A stretch of 64,000 nt of DNA from Vicinamibacterales bacterium (GCA_035537955.1 DATLLF010000097.1:13184-77183); one strand, 5' to 3'. Counted from the stretch's first letter, positions 9,063 through 19,197 are shown. Translations and numbers: made by a program. The notes: generated from the letters alone by a model not told the origin.

Positions 9063-9101
9063 ATCGCAATCTCCTTGATGGTCGATGATATCAAGCAGAG
9101 A

Positions 9102-9107
9102 TATAAT
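9102..9107 (+). promoter_or_regulatory. -10 hexamer TATAAT upstream of the TonB-dependent receptor gene
   Basis: Perfect TATAAT lies 30 nt before ATG 9137, with GGAGG at 9126-9130 as the Shine-Dalgarno sequence. No good -35. CTTGAT-n10-ATCAAG inverted repeat just upstream (9074-9095). Confidence 0.35.
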
Positions 9108-9136
9108 TCCCGCTTGCTCATAGTTGGAGGTATTCA

Positions 9137-12061
9137 ATGAGGCTTGCACGTCTCTGTGCTGCACTAATGACGTTGCTCGCACTTGCCGCAGGCCCGGCAT
9201 ATGCGCAGCAGACCGGATCCATCGTGGGGAAAGTGGTCGATACCAGCGGCGGCGTGCTGCCCGGCGTGACAGTCACGGCGAGTTCCAGCGTGCTGCCCAC
9301 ACCTCGAACGGCGATTACGCAGGCCAATGGCGAATATCGTCTCGTGGCGCTTCCGCCGGGAAATTACGAGGTCAGATTCGAACTCTCGGGCATGCAGCCG
9401 ATCACGCGTACGGCGGTCGTTCAGCTGCAGGAAGCCACGGTGGCCGACGCGACGCTTGGCGTTGGCGGCCTCTCTGAAACGGTCGAAGTCACCGCCACGT
9501 CGGGCCTGGTCGATACGAGCTCCGCGACGATCAAGAGCGGCGTATCGAATGAGCAGATCATGGCGTTGCCCGTCGGCCAGGAATACCGTGACCTGGTCAA
9601 GTTGATCCCGGGCGTGCAGTACACGCAGGAAGCTACGCGCGGCCCGAGTGCCGGCGGCAGCGGCCAGGACAATGTGTACCAGTTCGACGGCGTGAACGTG
9701 ACCCTGCCGTTGTTCGGTACGCTCGCGTCGGAGCCGGCGTCGCACGACATCGCACAGGTGACGACGACGAAGGGCGGCGCGCGGGCGGTAGACTTCGACC
9801 GCTCGGGCGGATTCACCATCGATTCGGTCAGCAAGTCCGGAACGAACCGCTACGCGGGCGAGGTGAGCTACCAGTTCCAGAGCTCGAACATGATCGCAGA
9901 GCTGAATACGGGTAGCGCGTCGCGCTACGAGCTCGATCGCAGCTGGCTGGTGGGCAACGTCGGGGGCCCGGTGATTCCGGAAAAGCTGTTCTTTTACGGC
10001 TCGTACTTCCGTCCGGAGAATTCACGCGCGAACCGCGCGAACCTGTACGGTGAGCTGCCCGACTACAAGCGCACGCGTAACGAGGGATTCGGCACTCTCA
10101 CATATACGCCGATCTCCTCCGTTCTTCTCGATGGCAGCTCTCGAGATTCTCACCGTCTCGACAAGAGCGACCTGTTCGCGACCAATGCTTCGGCGACGAC
10201 CGGCACCGGCAACGAGTCCTGGCAGAAGATCGCGATTGTCGAAGGCTCGTGGATCGTCAGCGCGGCGAGCCACGCCACGATGAAGTACACGCACTTCGCC
10301 CTCGAGACGCAGGGCCGGCCTGATTTCGAGTCGAGCGCGGTGATCAACACGAACCCCGGCGCGAGGCTCGATATCGTGAACCTCGACCAGCAGGGACTGG
10401 TCTCGCTGCCGTTGCCCGTCGCTGGCAATGACGCCTTCAATGCTTTCCTCCAGCCGTACATCGACCGTTACGGCTATGTCCTGAATGGCAACAAGGTCGG
10501 CGGCAGCACCGTCGGATACGGATCGACGTTCGATGGCGACGATTTTTTCCGCGATGCGGTCCAGTTTGGCTACAACTACTCCTTCGGCGAGCGGATCAGG
10601 CACGAACTCCACGCCGGATACCAGTGGTATACGGATTCCGAGGACCTCGTGCGCACGTCCAACGGATGGGGCTCGATCTCGATGCCCGGCGGACGCACCA
10701 GCATCAATGGGTCGCCCATTTTCTTCACGGCCCGGTACCTTCAGGGAACGACCGGCCTGATCCCGAAGATTCATTCCGAGTACCGGTCACAGAGCTTCGA
10801 GGTGAACGACGTCGTACGGTTGAACAACTGGACGTTCAACGCCGGCCTGCTGGCGAGCAGAGACACGCTTTACGGCCAGGGGCTGCGCAACGACGACTCG
10901 GCGGTTTCGGGCTTTACGCTCGCGCGCGGCGACAAGTACGAGATGTACGACATTCCGTTCAGCAAATTGCTGCAGCCGCGTGTCGGCGCGACGTGGGCGT
11001 ATAACGGTCAGGACACCCTGTATGCGAGCTATGCGCGCTACAACCCGGCGGCGAACTCGCTGCCACGAGCGGCCTCGTGGGACCGCGCCACGGGTAACGC
11101 ATTCGTCGACGCGCACTTCGACGCCGAGGGCGTGCTCATCGCCACCGAGCAGGTGCTTTCGTCGACGGGCAAGCTGTTCTCGGACGATCTCACTCCGCGT
11201 GGGACCGATGAATTCCTGCTCGGCACGGCCCGTCAGATCACGCCGGAATGGTCCGCGCGGATCTTCGGGCGCTACCGCGAGACGAACCACTTCTGGGAAG
11301 ACACGCAGAACAACGCCCGCGTCAATTTCAACCCGCCCGCGGGCGTGCCGCGCGAACTGTATATCCCCAACCTGGTCGACCAACTAACGCAGATCGGCAC
11401 GGGGGGATCGAACTCGTCCTACGTGATCGCAGAACTCGACGGCGCCTACACCAAGTACCACGAGGTTACGGTGGAGAGCGAGTGGCGCGGGCGTTCGACC
11501 TTCGTCCGCGGTGCCTACACCTGGAGCAAGTACTACGGCACCTTCGACCAGGACAGCACGACCGGTCTCGTGAACGACATGAACACGTTCATCGGTTCGT
11601 CGAACATCGGAGACGGCGCCGGGCGACAGATGTGGGACAACAAGGAAGGCCGGCTTCGCGGCGATCGTCCCCATATGCTGAAGGTGTACGGCTACCGCGT
11701 GCTGCCGTGGAAGGCCACGGCCGGCGCATTCTTCATCGCCCAGTCGGGTCAGCCCTGGCAGTCGGAGAACTTCGAGATCTACAGGCCGCTTGTCGGCACC
11801 AGCACGAGCGACTCCAACCGCTACGGCGAACCGGCGGGTTCACGGCGAACCGACGCGCACTGGCAGCTGGACCTGAACTACACGCAGGACATCCGCGTCA
11901 TGTCGCGGCTCACCGTACAGCTCGTCGGCGACCTGTACAACGTCTTCAACAAACAGACGGGATATAACCCGCAGCCGAGCGTGCACAGTTCGGTGTTCGG
12001 TACTCCTCGGAACTACTTCGACCCGCGGATCTTCCAGTTCGCGGCGCGGCTGCGTTTCTAG
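9137..12061 (+). CDS. TonB-dependent outer-membrane receptor with CarboxypepD_reg-like N-terminal domain
   Basis: 974 aa. Signal peptide ends AYAQQ. N-terminus GSIVGKVVDTSGGVLPGVTVT. Beta-barrel-like composition with C-terminal ...AARLRF. Confidence 0.9.
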   Translation: MRLARLCAALMTLLALAAGPAYAQQTGSIVGKVVDTSGGVLPGVTVTASSSVLPTPRTAITQANGEYRLVALPPGNYEVRFELSGMQPITRTAVVQLQEATVADATLGVGGLSETVEVTATSGLVDTSSATIKSGVSNEQIMALPVGQEYRDLVKLIPGVQYTQEATRGPSAGGSGQDNVYQFDGVNVTLPLFGTLASEPASHDIAQVTTTKGGARAVDFDRSGGFTIDSVSKSGTNRYAGEVSYQFQSSNMIAELNTGSASRYELDRSWLVGNVGGPVIPEKLFFYGSYFRPENSRANRANLYGELPDYKRTRNEGFGTLTYTPISSVLLDGSSRDSHRLDKSDLFATNASATTGTGNESWQKIAIVEGSWIVSAASHATMKYTHFALETQGRPDFESSAVINTNPGARLDIVNLDQQGLVSLPLPVAGNDAFNAFLQPYIDRYGYVLNGNKVGGSTVGYGSTFDGDDFFRDAVQFGYNYSFGERIRHELHAGYQWYTDSEDLVRTSNGWGSISMPGGRTSINGSPIFFTARYLQGTTGLIPKIHSEYRSQSFEVNDVVRLNNWTFNAGLLASRDTLYGQGLRNDDSAVSGFTLARGDKYEMYDIPFSKLLQPRVGATWAYNGQDTLYASYARYNPAANSLPRAASWDRATGNAFVDAHFDAEGVLIATEQVLSSTGKLFSDDLTPRGTDEFLLGTARQITPEWSARIFGRYRETNHFWEDTQNNARVNFNPPAGVPRELYIPNLVDQLTQIGTGGSNSSYVIAELDGAYTKYHEVTVESEWRGRSTFVRGAYTWSKYYGTFDQDSTTGLVNDMNTFIGSSNIGDGAGRQMWDNKEGRLRGDRPHMLKVYGYRVLPWKATAGAFFIAQSGQPWQSENFEIYRPLVGTSTSDSNRYGEPAGSRRTDAHWQLDLNYTQDIRVMSRLTVQLVGDLYNVFNKQTGYNPQPSVHSSVFGTPRNYFDPRIFQFAARLRF

Positions 12062-12082
12062 GAACAACCCGTTTCATTCGGG

Positions 12083-12120
12083 AGCCCGGCAAAGCGGTCT
12101 CTTTGCCGGGCTTTTCTTTT
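12083..12120 (+). terminator. rho-independent terminator
   Basis: 12-bp perfect stem AGCCCGGCAAAG / CTTTGCCGGGCT, loop CGGTCT, then TTTCTTTT. It starts 22 nt after the receptor stop. Confidence 0.8.
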
Positions 12121-12147
12121 CAGCCTCATTGCGCGACCGGGTCCCGC

Positions 12148-14196
12148 CTATCGAACGGTCTGGAACAGCCTTTCGCGGGCGATCAGTTCACGTGTCGTCG
12201 CGTCCGCTCGTTGCCGCGCGCGAGCGATGCGCTCGGCGCGATCCGGCTCGTTCAGCAGCACGCTGACCTGCGCGCGTTTGAACAGCGCCATCGGGTAGTC
12301 CGGGTGACTCGAAGGAACTCGATCGAGCGCATCACGCGCCTCCGTCAGGCGGCGCGCCGAGAGGTACAACACTCCGAGCTCGAGATGCCTGGCGAACGCC
12401 GATCCCTCCTGCGCTCGCGCCTTCTCGAACGCTTCGATGGCCGCATCCGTCTGTCCGGCCGACATGGCGAGATCGCCAAGGCGAAGCCATGCCGCCGCGG
12501 ACGGAGCCTCGAGCGAATAGGCCTTCCGCCGCAACTCCACCGCCTCGGCCAGTCGCTGCTGCTTCTCTCGGACCGTCGCGAGCCCCTCGAGCGCAGCCAC
12601 TCGCTCGGGCTGCCCGGCGACGATGCGCTCGAGGACCGGCACCGCTCGTGTCCAGTCCTTGCCGCGCGCGTAGTGCAGCGCCAGGTACATCTGTGCGTCT
12701 TCAGATTTGGGTGCGATGGCGGCGGCGCGCCTGAACGCCGCCAGCGCATCGACGTCCTGCCCCAGCGTCGAATAAGAAGTGGCAAGACGCAGCGCCGCAT
12801 CAAGGTTTTGTGGATCCGTTGTCAGGATCCGCTTGAACAGCGGAATCGCCTCGCGATAGCGGTCCTGCACGAACAGCGCCGATGCAGCTTCGATGACGGG
12901 GAGCAGTGACGTCATGTCCGCCGGACGTGGTGCATCCTTGCGCACGATGGGCGTCGCGGTGCCGCTCACGTATCCCAGGCTCGCCAGGCTGCGGCGCGCC
13001 TCTTCGCTCAGGTTTTCCGGCGCGCGGTTTACGCCGAGCGACGGCACGGGATAGTCGTCGAGTGCCTTGCGCATTTCGGCCGGGAGGCTCGTGCCCGCAC
13101 CGAGGTTCTTCTCTTCGCGCGGGTCTTTCGAGAGGTCGTAGGTTTCGAGCTTTCCCGCGAAGATCGCTTTCTGAGAGCCCGCGACAGCCATGATCTGCGG
13201 CTGCCAGCCGTAGCTCAGAAACGGCTTCATGGCTTCAGCAAGAACGACGTCCTGCGCTGCGGTACGAAGACTATCGCCACCACCGAGCCCGGCCCAATCG
13301 AGGACGGTGTGAAAGATGCGCCGCGTGCTCACCGGCGTGTCGTTGATCCCCGCAGCAATTCCAGGTCCCGCGACGACTAGAGGCACGTGCATCGTCGACT
13401 GGTAGAGCAGATTGCCGTGCTGCGGTTCACCGTGATCGCCGAGACCTTCACCGTGATCGGCGGCGACGATGATCGCGACGTTCCCCTTCCGGGATTCGAC
13501 GGCAGCGGCGAAGGCGGTGATGACGCGGCCGAGCTCCGCGTCCATCGCCTCGACTTCGCCGAGGTACGGCTTGTCGGGATGCCGCGCTCGAAACGACGCC
13601 GGCGGGGCGTAAGGCGTGTGCGGATCGAAGTAATGGACCCACAGCAGCAATGGCTGCGCTGGTGCAGTGGAAAGATACGCGATGGCCCGATCCGTCGTGT
13701 CCTTCGAAGATCGTTCCGCCGACCCCGGCGCCAGTTCGTCGTCGTAAATGTCGAATCCGCGCGACAGGCCAAAGCGGCCCGCCAGCACGAATGCCGACAC
13801 AAATGCGGCGGTCCGATAGCCGCTCTGCTTCAGCCGCTCGGCGAGAACGGGCTGCGACCCGGACAGGAACCGCGCGTTCTCGTGGATGCCGTGACCGGCG
13901 GGATAGAGCCCGGTCATGATCGAGGCGTGCGATGGCAGGGTCTCGGGGACGGTGGCGTAGGCCTGGCGGAACCTCACGCCTCGCGCGGCGATCGCATTGA
14001 AGGAGGGCGTCTGCATTCCGGCCGCCTCCGGTCCGATCGCGTCGGCACGCGTCGTATCGAGGGTGACGAGCAGAATGGATGGTCGCTCTCCGCCGCCTGA
14101 GCCGCTCGAAACGCGTTCAGGCTGCTTGCTGCACCCGGCAAGAACCAGCACGAGCAGAGCGATCGTGATTCGAACAGTCACGACGCGTTGGCGCAT
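12148..14196 (-). CDS. sulfatase-fold (alkaline-phosphatase superfamily) lipoprotein with C-terminal TPR repeats
   Basis: Lipobox LVLAGC. N-terminal LLVTLDTTRAD. The sulfatase signature position reads TLPSHASIMTG (Thr/His in place of Cys/Arg). The C-terminal ~250 aa are TPR-like. Confidence 0.8.
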   Translation of the reverse strand: MRQRVVTVRITIALLVLVLAGCSKQPERVSSGSGGGERPSILLVTLDTTRADAIGPEAAGMQTPSFNAIAARGVRFRQAYATVPETLPSHASIMTGLYPAGHGIHENARFLSGSQPVLAERLKQSGYRTAAFVSAFVLAGRFGLSRGFDIYDDELAPGSAERSSKDTTDRAIAYLSTAPAQPLLLWVHYFDPHTPYAPPASFRARHPDKPYLGEVEAMDAELGRVITAFAAAVESRKGNVAIIVAADHGEGLGDHGEPQHGNLLYQSTMHVPLVVAGPGIAAGINDTPVSTRRIFHTVLDWAGLGGGDSLRTAAQDVVLAEAMKPFLSYGWQPQIMAVAGSQKAIFAGKLETYDLSKDPREEKNLGAGTSLPAEMRKALDDYPVPSLGVNRAPENLSEEARRSLASLGYVSGTATPIVRKDAPRPADMTSLLPVIEAASALFVQDRYREAIPLFKRILTTDPQNLDAALRLATSYSTLGQDVDALAAFRRAAAIAPKSEDAQMYLALHYARGKDWTRAVPVLERIVAGQPERVAALEGLATVREKQQRLAEAVELRRKAYSLEAPSAAAWLRLGDLAMSAGQTDAAIEAFEKARAQEGSAFARHLELGVLYLSARRLTEARDALDRVPSSHPDYPMALFKRAQVSVLLNEPDRAERIARARQRADATTRELIARERLFQTVR

Positions 14197-14218
14197 GTGC
14201 TCATGCGCCTAATCTAAG

Positions 14219-14253
14219 GCAAAACGGGCGGCTGCATCCAAGCGCAGCCGCCC
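14219..14253 (-). terminator. rho-independent terminator (minus strand)
   Basis: 10-bp stem GGGCGGCTGC / GCAGCCGCCC with an 8-nt loop, followed on the minus strand by GTTTTG. It lies 30 nt after the receptor stop at 14283. Confidence 0.6.
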
Positions 14254-14282
14254 GCTCAACTCCAACGTTCAGCAGTTTCGAG

Positions 14283-17200
14283 CTAGAAGGAGTACTTCAC
14301 TCCAAGCATGACTTTCCGCGATCCGCTCGTAACCGTGTTCCGGATGCGCCCGAACGTCGTGGAGGTCGTCGTCAGCGTGGGGAAGCCGAATACCGGGTGA
14401 TTCGTCACGTTCGTGCTGTCGGCCCGAAGTTCGAGCATGTGGTTCCCGGCGACGCGCGTTCTCTTCGAGAGCGACAGATTGATGAAGTACCCGCCGGGCC
14501 CGCGGAAGTAGTTACGGCCGGTGTTGCCGAATTCTCCCGGTGCCGGCGTGCTGAATTTCGCGCGCTCTTCGGGTGTGAAGTACCAGATGATCCCGTCCTC
14601 CTCGTGCACGGACCCGAAGCTTCTGGAGCACCCGTCGCAGTTTGCCGGCGTCTGCACCACGTTGCTCAGCGTGTTGGAACCGCCGTAGACGGTCATGGGA
14701 CGTCCGCTCTGTGCGACGAACTGTCCCGACAGCTGCCATCCCCCGATGAGAGTGTCCGTGGCCTGGTTTACCGACCCGCCGAAGGCTTTTCCGCGGCCGA
14801 ACGGGAGTTCCCACACAGCCTGTGCCTGGAGCACGTGCGTGCGATCGAAGTCTGACAGCGCGAAGTTCAGATCGCGGTTGAAGATGTCGAACGGCGTGCT
14901 CGAGGCTGACTGGTTGTTGGCCGTACTCACAACAGTGAAGGCCGGGTCGTACGACCGCGTGTCCTTCGACCGCGAGAGGGTGTAGCCCACCAAGTAGCTG
15001 TAGCCATTGCCGAAGCGCCGTTCCAGTTTCATTTCCAGGGCGTGGTAGCGCGAATAGTCCTCCGAGTCGATGACGTTGACGGCGCCGAGAAACTGTGGAT
15101 ACGGGAAGAAGAAGTTCGATCCGAGCCCGGCCAGTTCAGGCAGCGTGGAGGTGCCCTGCACACGCTGGCCGAGCGAGGCAGCGAGCGCGGCAACGGAATT
15201 CAGCGTCAGGTTCGACGCGAACAGCCGCCGCACCATGTCCGAGCCGCTCTCGGTGGCGCCGCGCCGTGTGTCGGGGGCAAGCAGCTGGTTCATCAACTCG
15301 CTTTGTCCACCCGCCTTGACGATGTTAAAGGCGTCGAGGAACCCGTTGTCGAAGATCTCGGCCTGGTTCACGTTGTAAGCGCCAAACAGGTGTTCGGCGC
15401 GCCGGCCCACGTACGCAATCTCGAACAGGGTCTGGGAGAACAACTCGCGCTGATAGGTGATGGCCCACCCGTGGGTGATCGGCGTCTGAAACTCCGGATC
15501 GACCACGCGGATGCTGCCGCTGCCGACCGGTGCCGGCTGCAGAAAGCTTTCTGGCGAGACGGTCGGCTGCAGACTTGGCAGCCCTTGCCGCAGGCGTCCG
15601 CCACCCTGTCCGAATGCGGTATTCACGACGCTCGTCGTGATCCCGGGAATGCTCTGGAAGATGTTCGACGAAAGTACGAACGTGTTTATACGGTCGAAAG
15701 CCATACGGTAATTGCCGCGAATGACCTGTCGGCCATCACCGCGCGGATCCCACGCGACGCCGACCGAAGGGGCGAAGTTGTTCCAGTCGTCTTCGTACAG
15801 CTTCCCCTTTTCAAAGCTCACGGTGTTGCTCGGCGGCTGCCCCACCGCCAGGCTCTGACTCGGACGGCGGATCAAGTCGTCAGGATTTCGAGGTGCGAGC
15901 TTTGCCTCCCACCGCACACCGAGATCCACAGTGACATTCGAGCGCGGCTTCCAGGTGTCCTGCGCATACAGGTCGATCTCCGGGTAGTCAGCTTTGAAGT
16001 CGAACAACGTGCCTCCAGGGCCGTACGTATCGCCCTGCTGAACAAAACCCTGCGTCAGCGTTCCCACGCGTCCAAGCAGGAAGTTGATGCTGGACTGGAG
16101 CGCCGGCCGGTCGTTCGCCGTCTGGATGTTCGTGGGTATACCGAATGTCGCGGGGTCGACGGCATTGACTCCCGTGCTGAAATCCACCGTCGGCGAGACG
16201 TTCACGCCTGCAACGGATCCGCGCGTATCCGTGTGGCGCTGGAAGCGCATGTTGGTACCGAATCGGAAGCCGTGCGCGCCCTTCTGCCAGCTCAGGTTGT
16301 CGACAAACTGCAGGGTGTCAACCGAACGAAGATTGCCCCACTGATGATCCTCTGGCAGTGTGACCGGCGCGCTGATCAGCGAGTACTGCGATGGATCGGC
16401 CATCGGGCTCACGAAGTCAAACGTGAAGTGGTTCTGGCCGACGACGAGCTCGTTCACGAGATTGTCGCGCGCGCTCCAACGATAGTTGCCCGCCCAGTTG
16501 TAGGGATCGCGCTCGGTATCAACGAAACAGGTCGTGCCGGGGAATGCCGGGTCGCCGCCGTTCACCTGGTCGCACAGCGTATTCTGGTAGCCCTTCGAGT
16601 AGCGGATGAAGGCGGCGTGGCTCGGGGTGAAGGTGTGGTCGACCTTCGTCGTGAAGTCCAGCTGGCGCTCCTGCTCGAACGCCGAGAACGTGTACCCTGC
16701 CGTGTTCAAGCCGTCTCCGGTCGTGAAGTTGTTCGGGAGCGGCGTCGTGCCGAGGATGCCGTGGATCGTCGGATCCAGTCCAAGGCCCTGCGGATCGCTG
16801 GCAGGAATGTTGTACGTGCCGATCGGCACGATCGGATTGCCGTTTGCGTCAACCGACGCGCCGGCCACACCAGCCGGCTGGTTGCGGCCGCCTGTGTTGT
16901 AGCGCCAGAGGCCCTCGCGCGCCGAGGCGGTGTAGACCGTGCGGGTGAACTCTGAAGACTGCTCCGCCCGGAGCACCTGCATATTCATGAAGAAGAACGT
17001 CCTGTTGCGACGAATCGGCCCGCCCAGGCTGAAGCCTGGCATGTACTGCGTAAACTGCCGTTTATCGAGGCCGGCGATGTTGTTCTCCCATTCATTCGCG
17101 TTGTACTCGGGGCGGCGGTCAAAATAGAAGGCACTGCCGCTGAACCTGTTGGTACCGGTGCGCGTCACCATCGCGACCTGCCCGCCGCTGTTCCGGCCGA

Positions 17201-17879
17201 ACTCCGCGGTCTGGTTGCCGGTCAGTACCTTGAACTCCGCCAGCGCGTCCGGGTTCGTCCGCAGCGGGGAGAAATTCGATCCGCCCGCGCTCGACTCATT
17301 CGTATCGATGCCATCGAGCGTGAAGTTCCAGGACCGGTCACGCGCGCCGTTCACGTGCACACCGCCGCCGGTGTTGGCGCCCGACACGACTCCGGGTTGT
17401 GTGAGGACGAGGTCGAGCGGGTTGCGTCCGCGTCCGCCGAGGATCGGCAGGCTTTCGATCGTCCGCTGGTCGAACGTCGAGCCGAGATTTCCCGACGTGT
17501 TGGTCTGGACGACCTGCGCAGACGCGCGCACTTCAACGGTTTCAGTCACTCCGCCTGGGTCGAGCACCGCATTGACCGTAGCCGGTTCTCCGATCCGGAC
17601 CGCGTTGCCGGTCGATGCGAACCGCTTGAAGCCCTGCAACTCGACGGCGACCGTGTAGGTGCCGACCTGGACGGCCTCGAAGGCATACGTGCCAGTTTCA
17701 TTCGTGACGTCGGTGAACTTGACTCCAGTGGATTCATTTGTCAGCGTGACCGTCGCGCCCGGAATGACCGATCCCGACCGATCGGCGACGACACCGGTGA
17801 CACGCGAGGTGGTGCCCTGTGCGAATGCAACGGTAGATACGACCAGCACGATCGCCAGAGCGGAAGCAAGTTGCCGCAT
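14283..17879 (-). CDS. TonB-dependent outer-membrane receptor with CarboxypepD_reg-like N-terminal domain
   Basis: Start ATG 17879 has AGGAGG 5 nt upstream and gives the signal peptide MRQLASALAIVLVVSTVAFAQG. N-terminal VTGVVADRSGSVIPGATVTL. C-terminal ...GVKYSF. The track ORF extends to 17933. Confidence 0.9.
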   Translation of the reverse strand: MRQLASALAIVLVVSTVAFAQGTTSRVTGVVADRSGSVIPGATVTLTNESTGVKFTDVTNETGTYAFEAVQVGTYTVAVELQGFKRFASTGNAVRIGEPATVNAVLDPGGVTETVEVRASAQVVQTNTSGNLGSTFDQRTIESLPILGGRGRNPLDLVLTQPGVVSGANTGGGVHVNGARDRSWNFTLDGIDTNESSAGGSNFSPLRTNPDALAEFKVLTGNQTAEFGRNSGGQVAMVTRTGTNRFSGSAFYFDRRPEYNANEWENNIAGLDKRQFTQYMPGFSLGGPIRRNRTFFFMNMQVLRAEQSSEFTRTVYTASAREGLWRYNTGGRNQPAGVAGASVDANGNPIVPIGTYNIPASDPQGLGLDPTIHGILGTTPLPNNFTTGDGLNTAGYTFSAFEQERQLDFTTKVDHTFTPSHAAFIRYSKGYQNTLCDQVNGGDPAFPGTTCFVDTERDPYNWAGNYRWSARDNLVNELVVGQNHFTFDFVSPMADPSQYSLISAPVTLPEDHQWGNLRSVDTLQFVDNLSWQKGAHGFRFGTNMRFQRHTDTRGSVAGVNVSPTVDFSTGVNAVDPATFGIPTNIQTANDRPALQSSINFLLGRVGTLTQGFVQQGDTYGPGGTLFDFKADYPEIDLYAQDTWKPRSNVTVDLGVRWEAKLAPRNPDDLIRRPSQSLAVGQPPSNTVSFEKGKLYEDDWNNFAPSVGVAWDPRGDGRQVIRGNYRMAFDRINTFVLSSNIFQSIPGITTSVVNTAFGQGGGRLRQGLPSLQPTVSPESFLQPAPVGSGSIRVVDPEFQTPITHGWAITYQRELFSQTLFEIAYVGRRAEHLFGAYNVNQAEIFDNGFLDAFNIVKAGGQSELMNQLLAPDTRRGATESGSDMVRRLFASNLTLNSVAALAASLGQRVQGTSTLPELAGLGSNFFFPYPQFLGAVNVIDSEDYSRYHALEMKLERRFGNGYSYLVGYTLSRSKDTRSYDPAFTVVSTANNQSASSTPFDIFNRDLNFALSDFDRTHVLQAQAVWELPFGRGKAFGGSVNQATDTLIGGWQLSGQFVAQSGRPMTVYGGSNTLSNVVQTPANCDGCSRSFGSVHEEDGIIWYFTPEERAKFSTPAPGEFGNTGRNYFRGPGGYFINLSLSKRTRVAGNHMLELRADSTNVTNHPVFGFPTLTTTSTTFGRIRNTVTSGSRKVMLGVKYSF

Positions 17880-17956
17880 AGAGGCCTCCTGGAAAGGGTG
17901 GCATCGGTGAGTGCTGCCAGTGGCCGCGACCAAAAAATCGCGTTGAGAACCGGCCT

Positions 17957-17985
17957 ACACTATTCATCCCGGGACGAACAGTCAA
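17957..17985 (-). promoter_or_regulatory. sigma-70-like promoter candidate (TTGACT-n17-TAGTGT)
   Basis: On the minus strand, TTGACT is at 17985-17980, a 17-nt spacer follows, and TAGTGT is at 17962-17957. This is ~78 nt upstream of ATG 17879. Confidence 0.35.
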
Positions 17986-18018
17986 GGTCGCGTTCGAGTG
18001 CGGGCGCCATGGAAACCC

Positions 18019-19050
18019 TCATGAATCGAGCGTCAACTGCTGCGCGTGGACGGCGGCCCCGAGCAGGCCGGCGTCGGGATTCAGGATGACCGACACCGGA
18101 ATGGTGGCCACCAGGTGCGCCATCGGCTCCTTGTCGCGGAAGGCGTCCATGAACGAACCAGACTCGAGCGCCGGCAGAATCTTTGGTGCGATACCCCCGC
18201 CGATGTAGACGCCGGCAGTTGCGACATAGCGGAGCGCAATGTTGCCGGTTTCGGCGCCGTACGCCCTGATGAAGATGTCGAACGCCTCGACACAGCGGGC
18301 GCAGCGCTTCTCGAAAGCCGCCCGGCTGATCCGCGCCGGCAGGTCGCTCGCATCCTTCGATGGCCCGACGCCTTCGCACAAATGGGACGGGGCGATGCTG
18401 TTGGGCGTAATCGTCGGTCCCGAGCCGAATGAGTTGTGCGTGAACTGGTAGATGTTCACCAGCCCCGGCCCCGAGAGAACGACCTCGACGCCGACGCGGC
18501 CGAAGATCCGCGTCAACTGCTGCACCATTTCCATCTCGCGCGGCGTTCTGGCGGCGAAATCGCTGTGGCCGCCTTCGGACGCCGCCGGAATGAACCTGCC
18601 GTCGACGTTGTGGAGCATCGCTTCGCCGAGCCCGGTGCCCGCCGCGATCACTGCAGCGTTGCCGTCCGCGAGCGGCACGCCGACCTGGAGCGCCTTCAGC
18701 TCTGACGGCTCGAGCACGGTCACACCGTACGCCAGCGCTTCGAGATCGTTGATGATCCGCACCCGCTTGAAGTTGAAGGCCTCTTCCACGACATCGCCGT
18801 CGACGAGCCAGGGCACGTTCGTCAGCCGCGCGACCTGCTCTGTCACCGCGCCCGCTACCCCGAGGCAGACGGCTTCGATTCGTCGCGGTTCGATGTTCTG
18901 CGCGGCGAGGAACTCGCGGATCATCGGCTCGAGCGCGTCGTACTCGAGCGTCACGAACTCGCCCACTTCGATCGGCCGCGGACGCTCGGGCGAGGTGGCA
19001 AAGATGCCGAACAGCGTCTTCGTTCCGCCGATGTCGCCGGCCAGAAGCAT
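18019..19050 (-). CDS. glk: glucokinase
   Basis: The N-terminus MLLAGDIGGTKT is the Glk ATP-binding motif. The track ORF extension to 19173 runs through repeat element B and is not credible. Confidence 0.85.
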   Translation of the reverse strand: MLLAGDIGGTKTLFGIFATSPERPRPIEVGEFVTLEYDALEPMIREFLAAQNIEPRRIEAVCLGVAGAVTEQVARLTNVPWLVDGDVVEEAFNFKRVRIINDLEALAYGVTVLEPSELKALQVGVPLADGNAAVIAAGTGLGEAMLHNVDGRFIPAASEGGHSDFAARTPREMEMVQQLTRIFGRVGVEVVLSGPGLVNIYQFTHNSFGSGPTITPNSIAPSHLCEGVGPSKDASDLPARISRAAFEKRCARCVEAFDIFIRAYGAETGNIALRYVATAGVYIGGGIAPKILPALESGSFMDAFRDKEPMAHLVATIPVSVILNPDAGLLGAAVHAQQLTLDS

Positions 19051-19056
19051 CGTTTC

Positions 19057-19062
19057 ATTAGA
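19057..19062 (-). promoter_or_regulatory. -10-like TCTAAT, 6 nt upstream of glk ATG
   Basis: The minus strand reads TCTAAT GAAACG ATG. No Shine-Dalgarno sequence. Confidence 0.3.
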
Positions 19063-19070
19063 ACTCAAAA

Positions 19071-19164
19071 CGTCAACTTCAAACTTCAAACGCCAGACTT
19101 CAAAAGATTTCGCGACTGCAAAAGGTACTTTTTGGGAGTGTGCAGTTTGTAGTTTGGAGTTGAC
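19071..19164. repeat. low-GC heptad-repeat hairpin element, copy B
   Basis: GTCAACTTCAAACTTCAAAC pairs imperfectly with GTTTGTAGTTTGGAGTTGAC. It shares a 17-mer AACTTCAAACGCCAGAC and a 13-mer AGTTTGTAGTTTG with copy C. Confidence 0.7.
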
Positions 19165-19197
19165 AAGGAGCATGCCTTCGGCTCATCTTCCGGGTGA

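Noticed and set aside
14190-14209. Palindrome GGCGCATG tgct CATGCGCC spanning the start codon of the sulfatase-fold gene
   Set aside because: The stem is short. A nearby TAGATT box (14216-14211) would place the transcription start inside the 5' arm, so the hairpin may not exist in the mRNA. There is not enough support for a regulatory call.
15042-16955. 637-aa ORF antisense to the 14283-17879 TonB-dependent receptor gene
   Set aside because: Shadow ORF in a high-GC gene. It has an Arg-rich, low-complexity translation.
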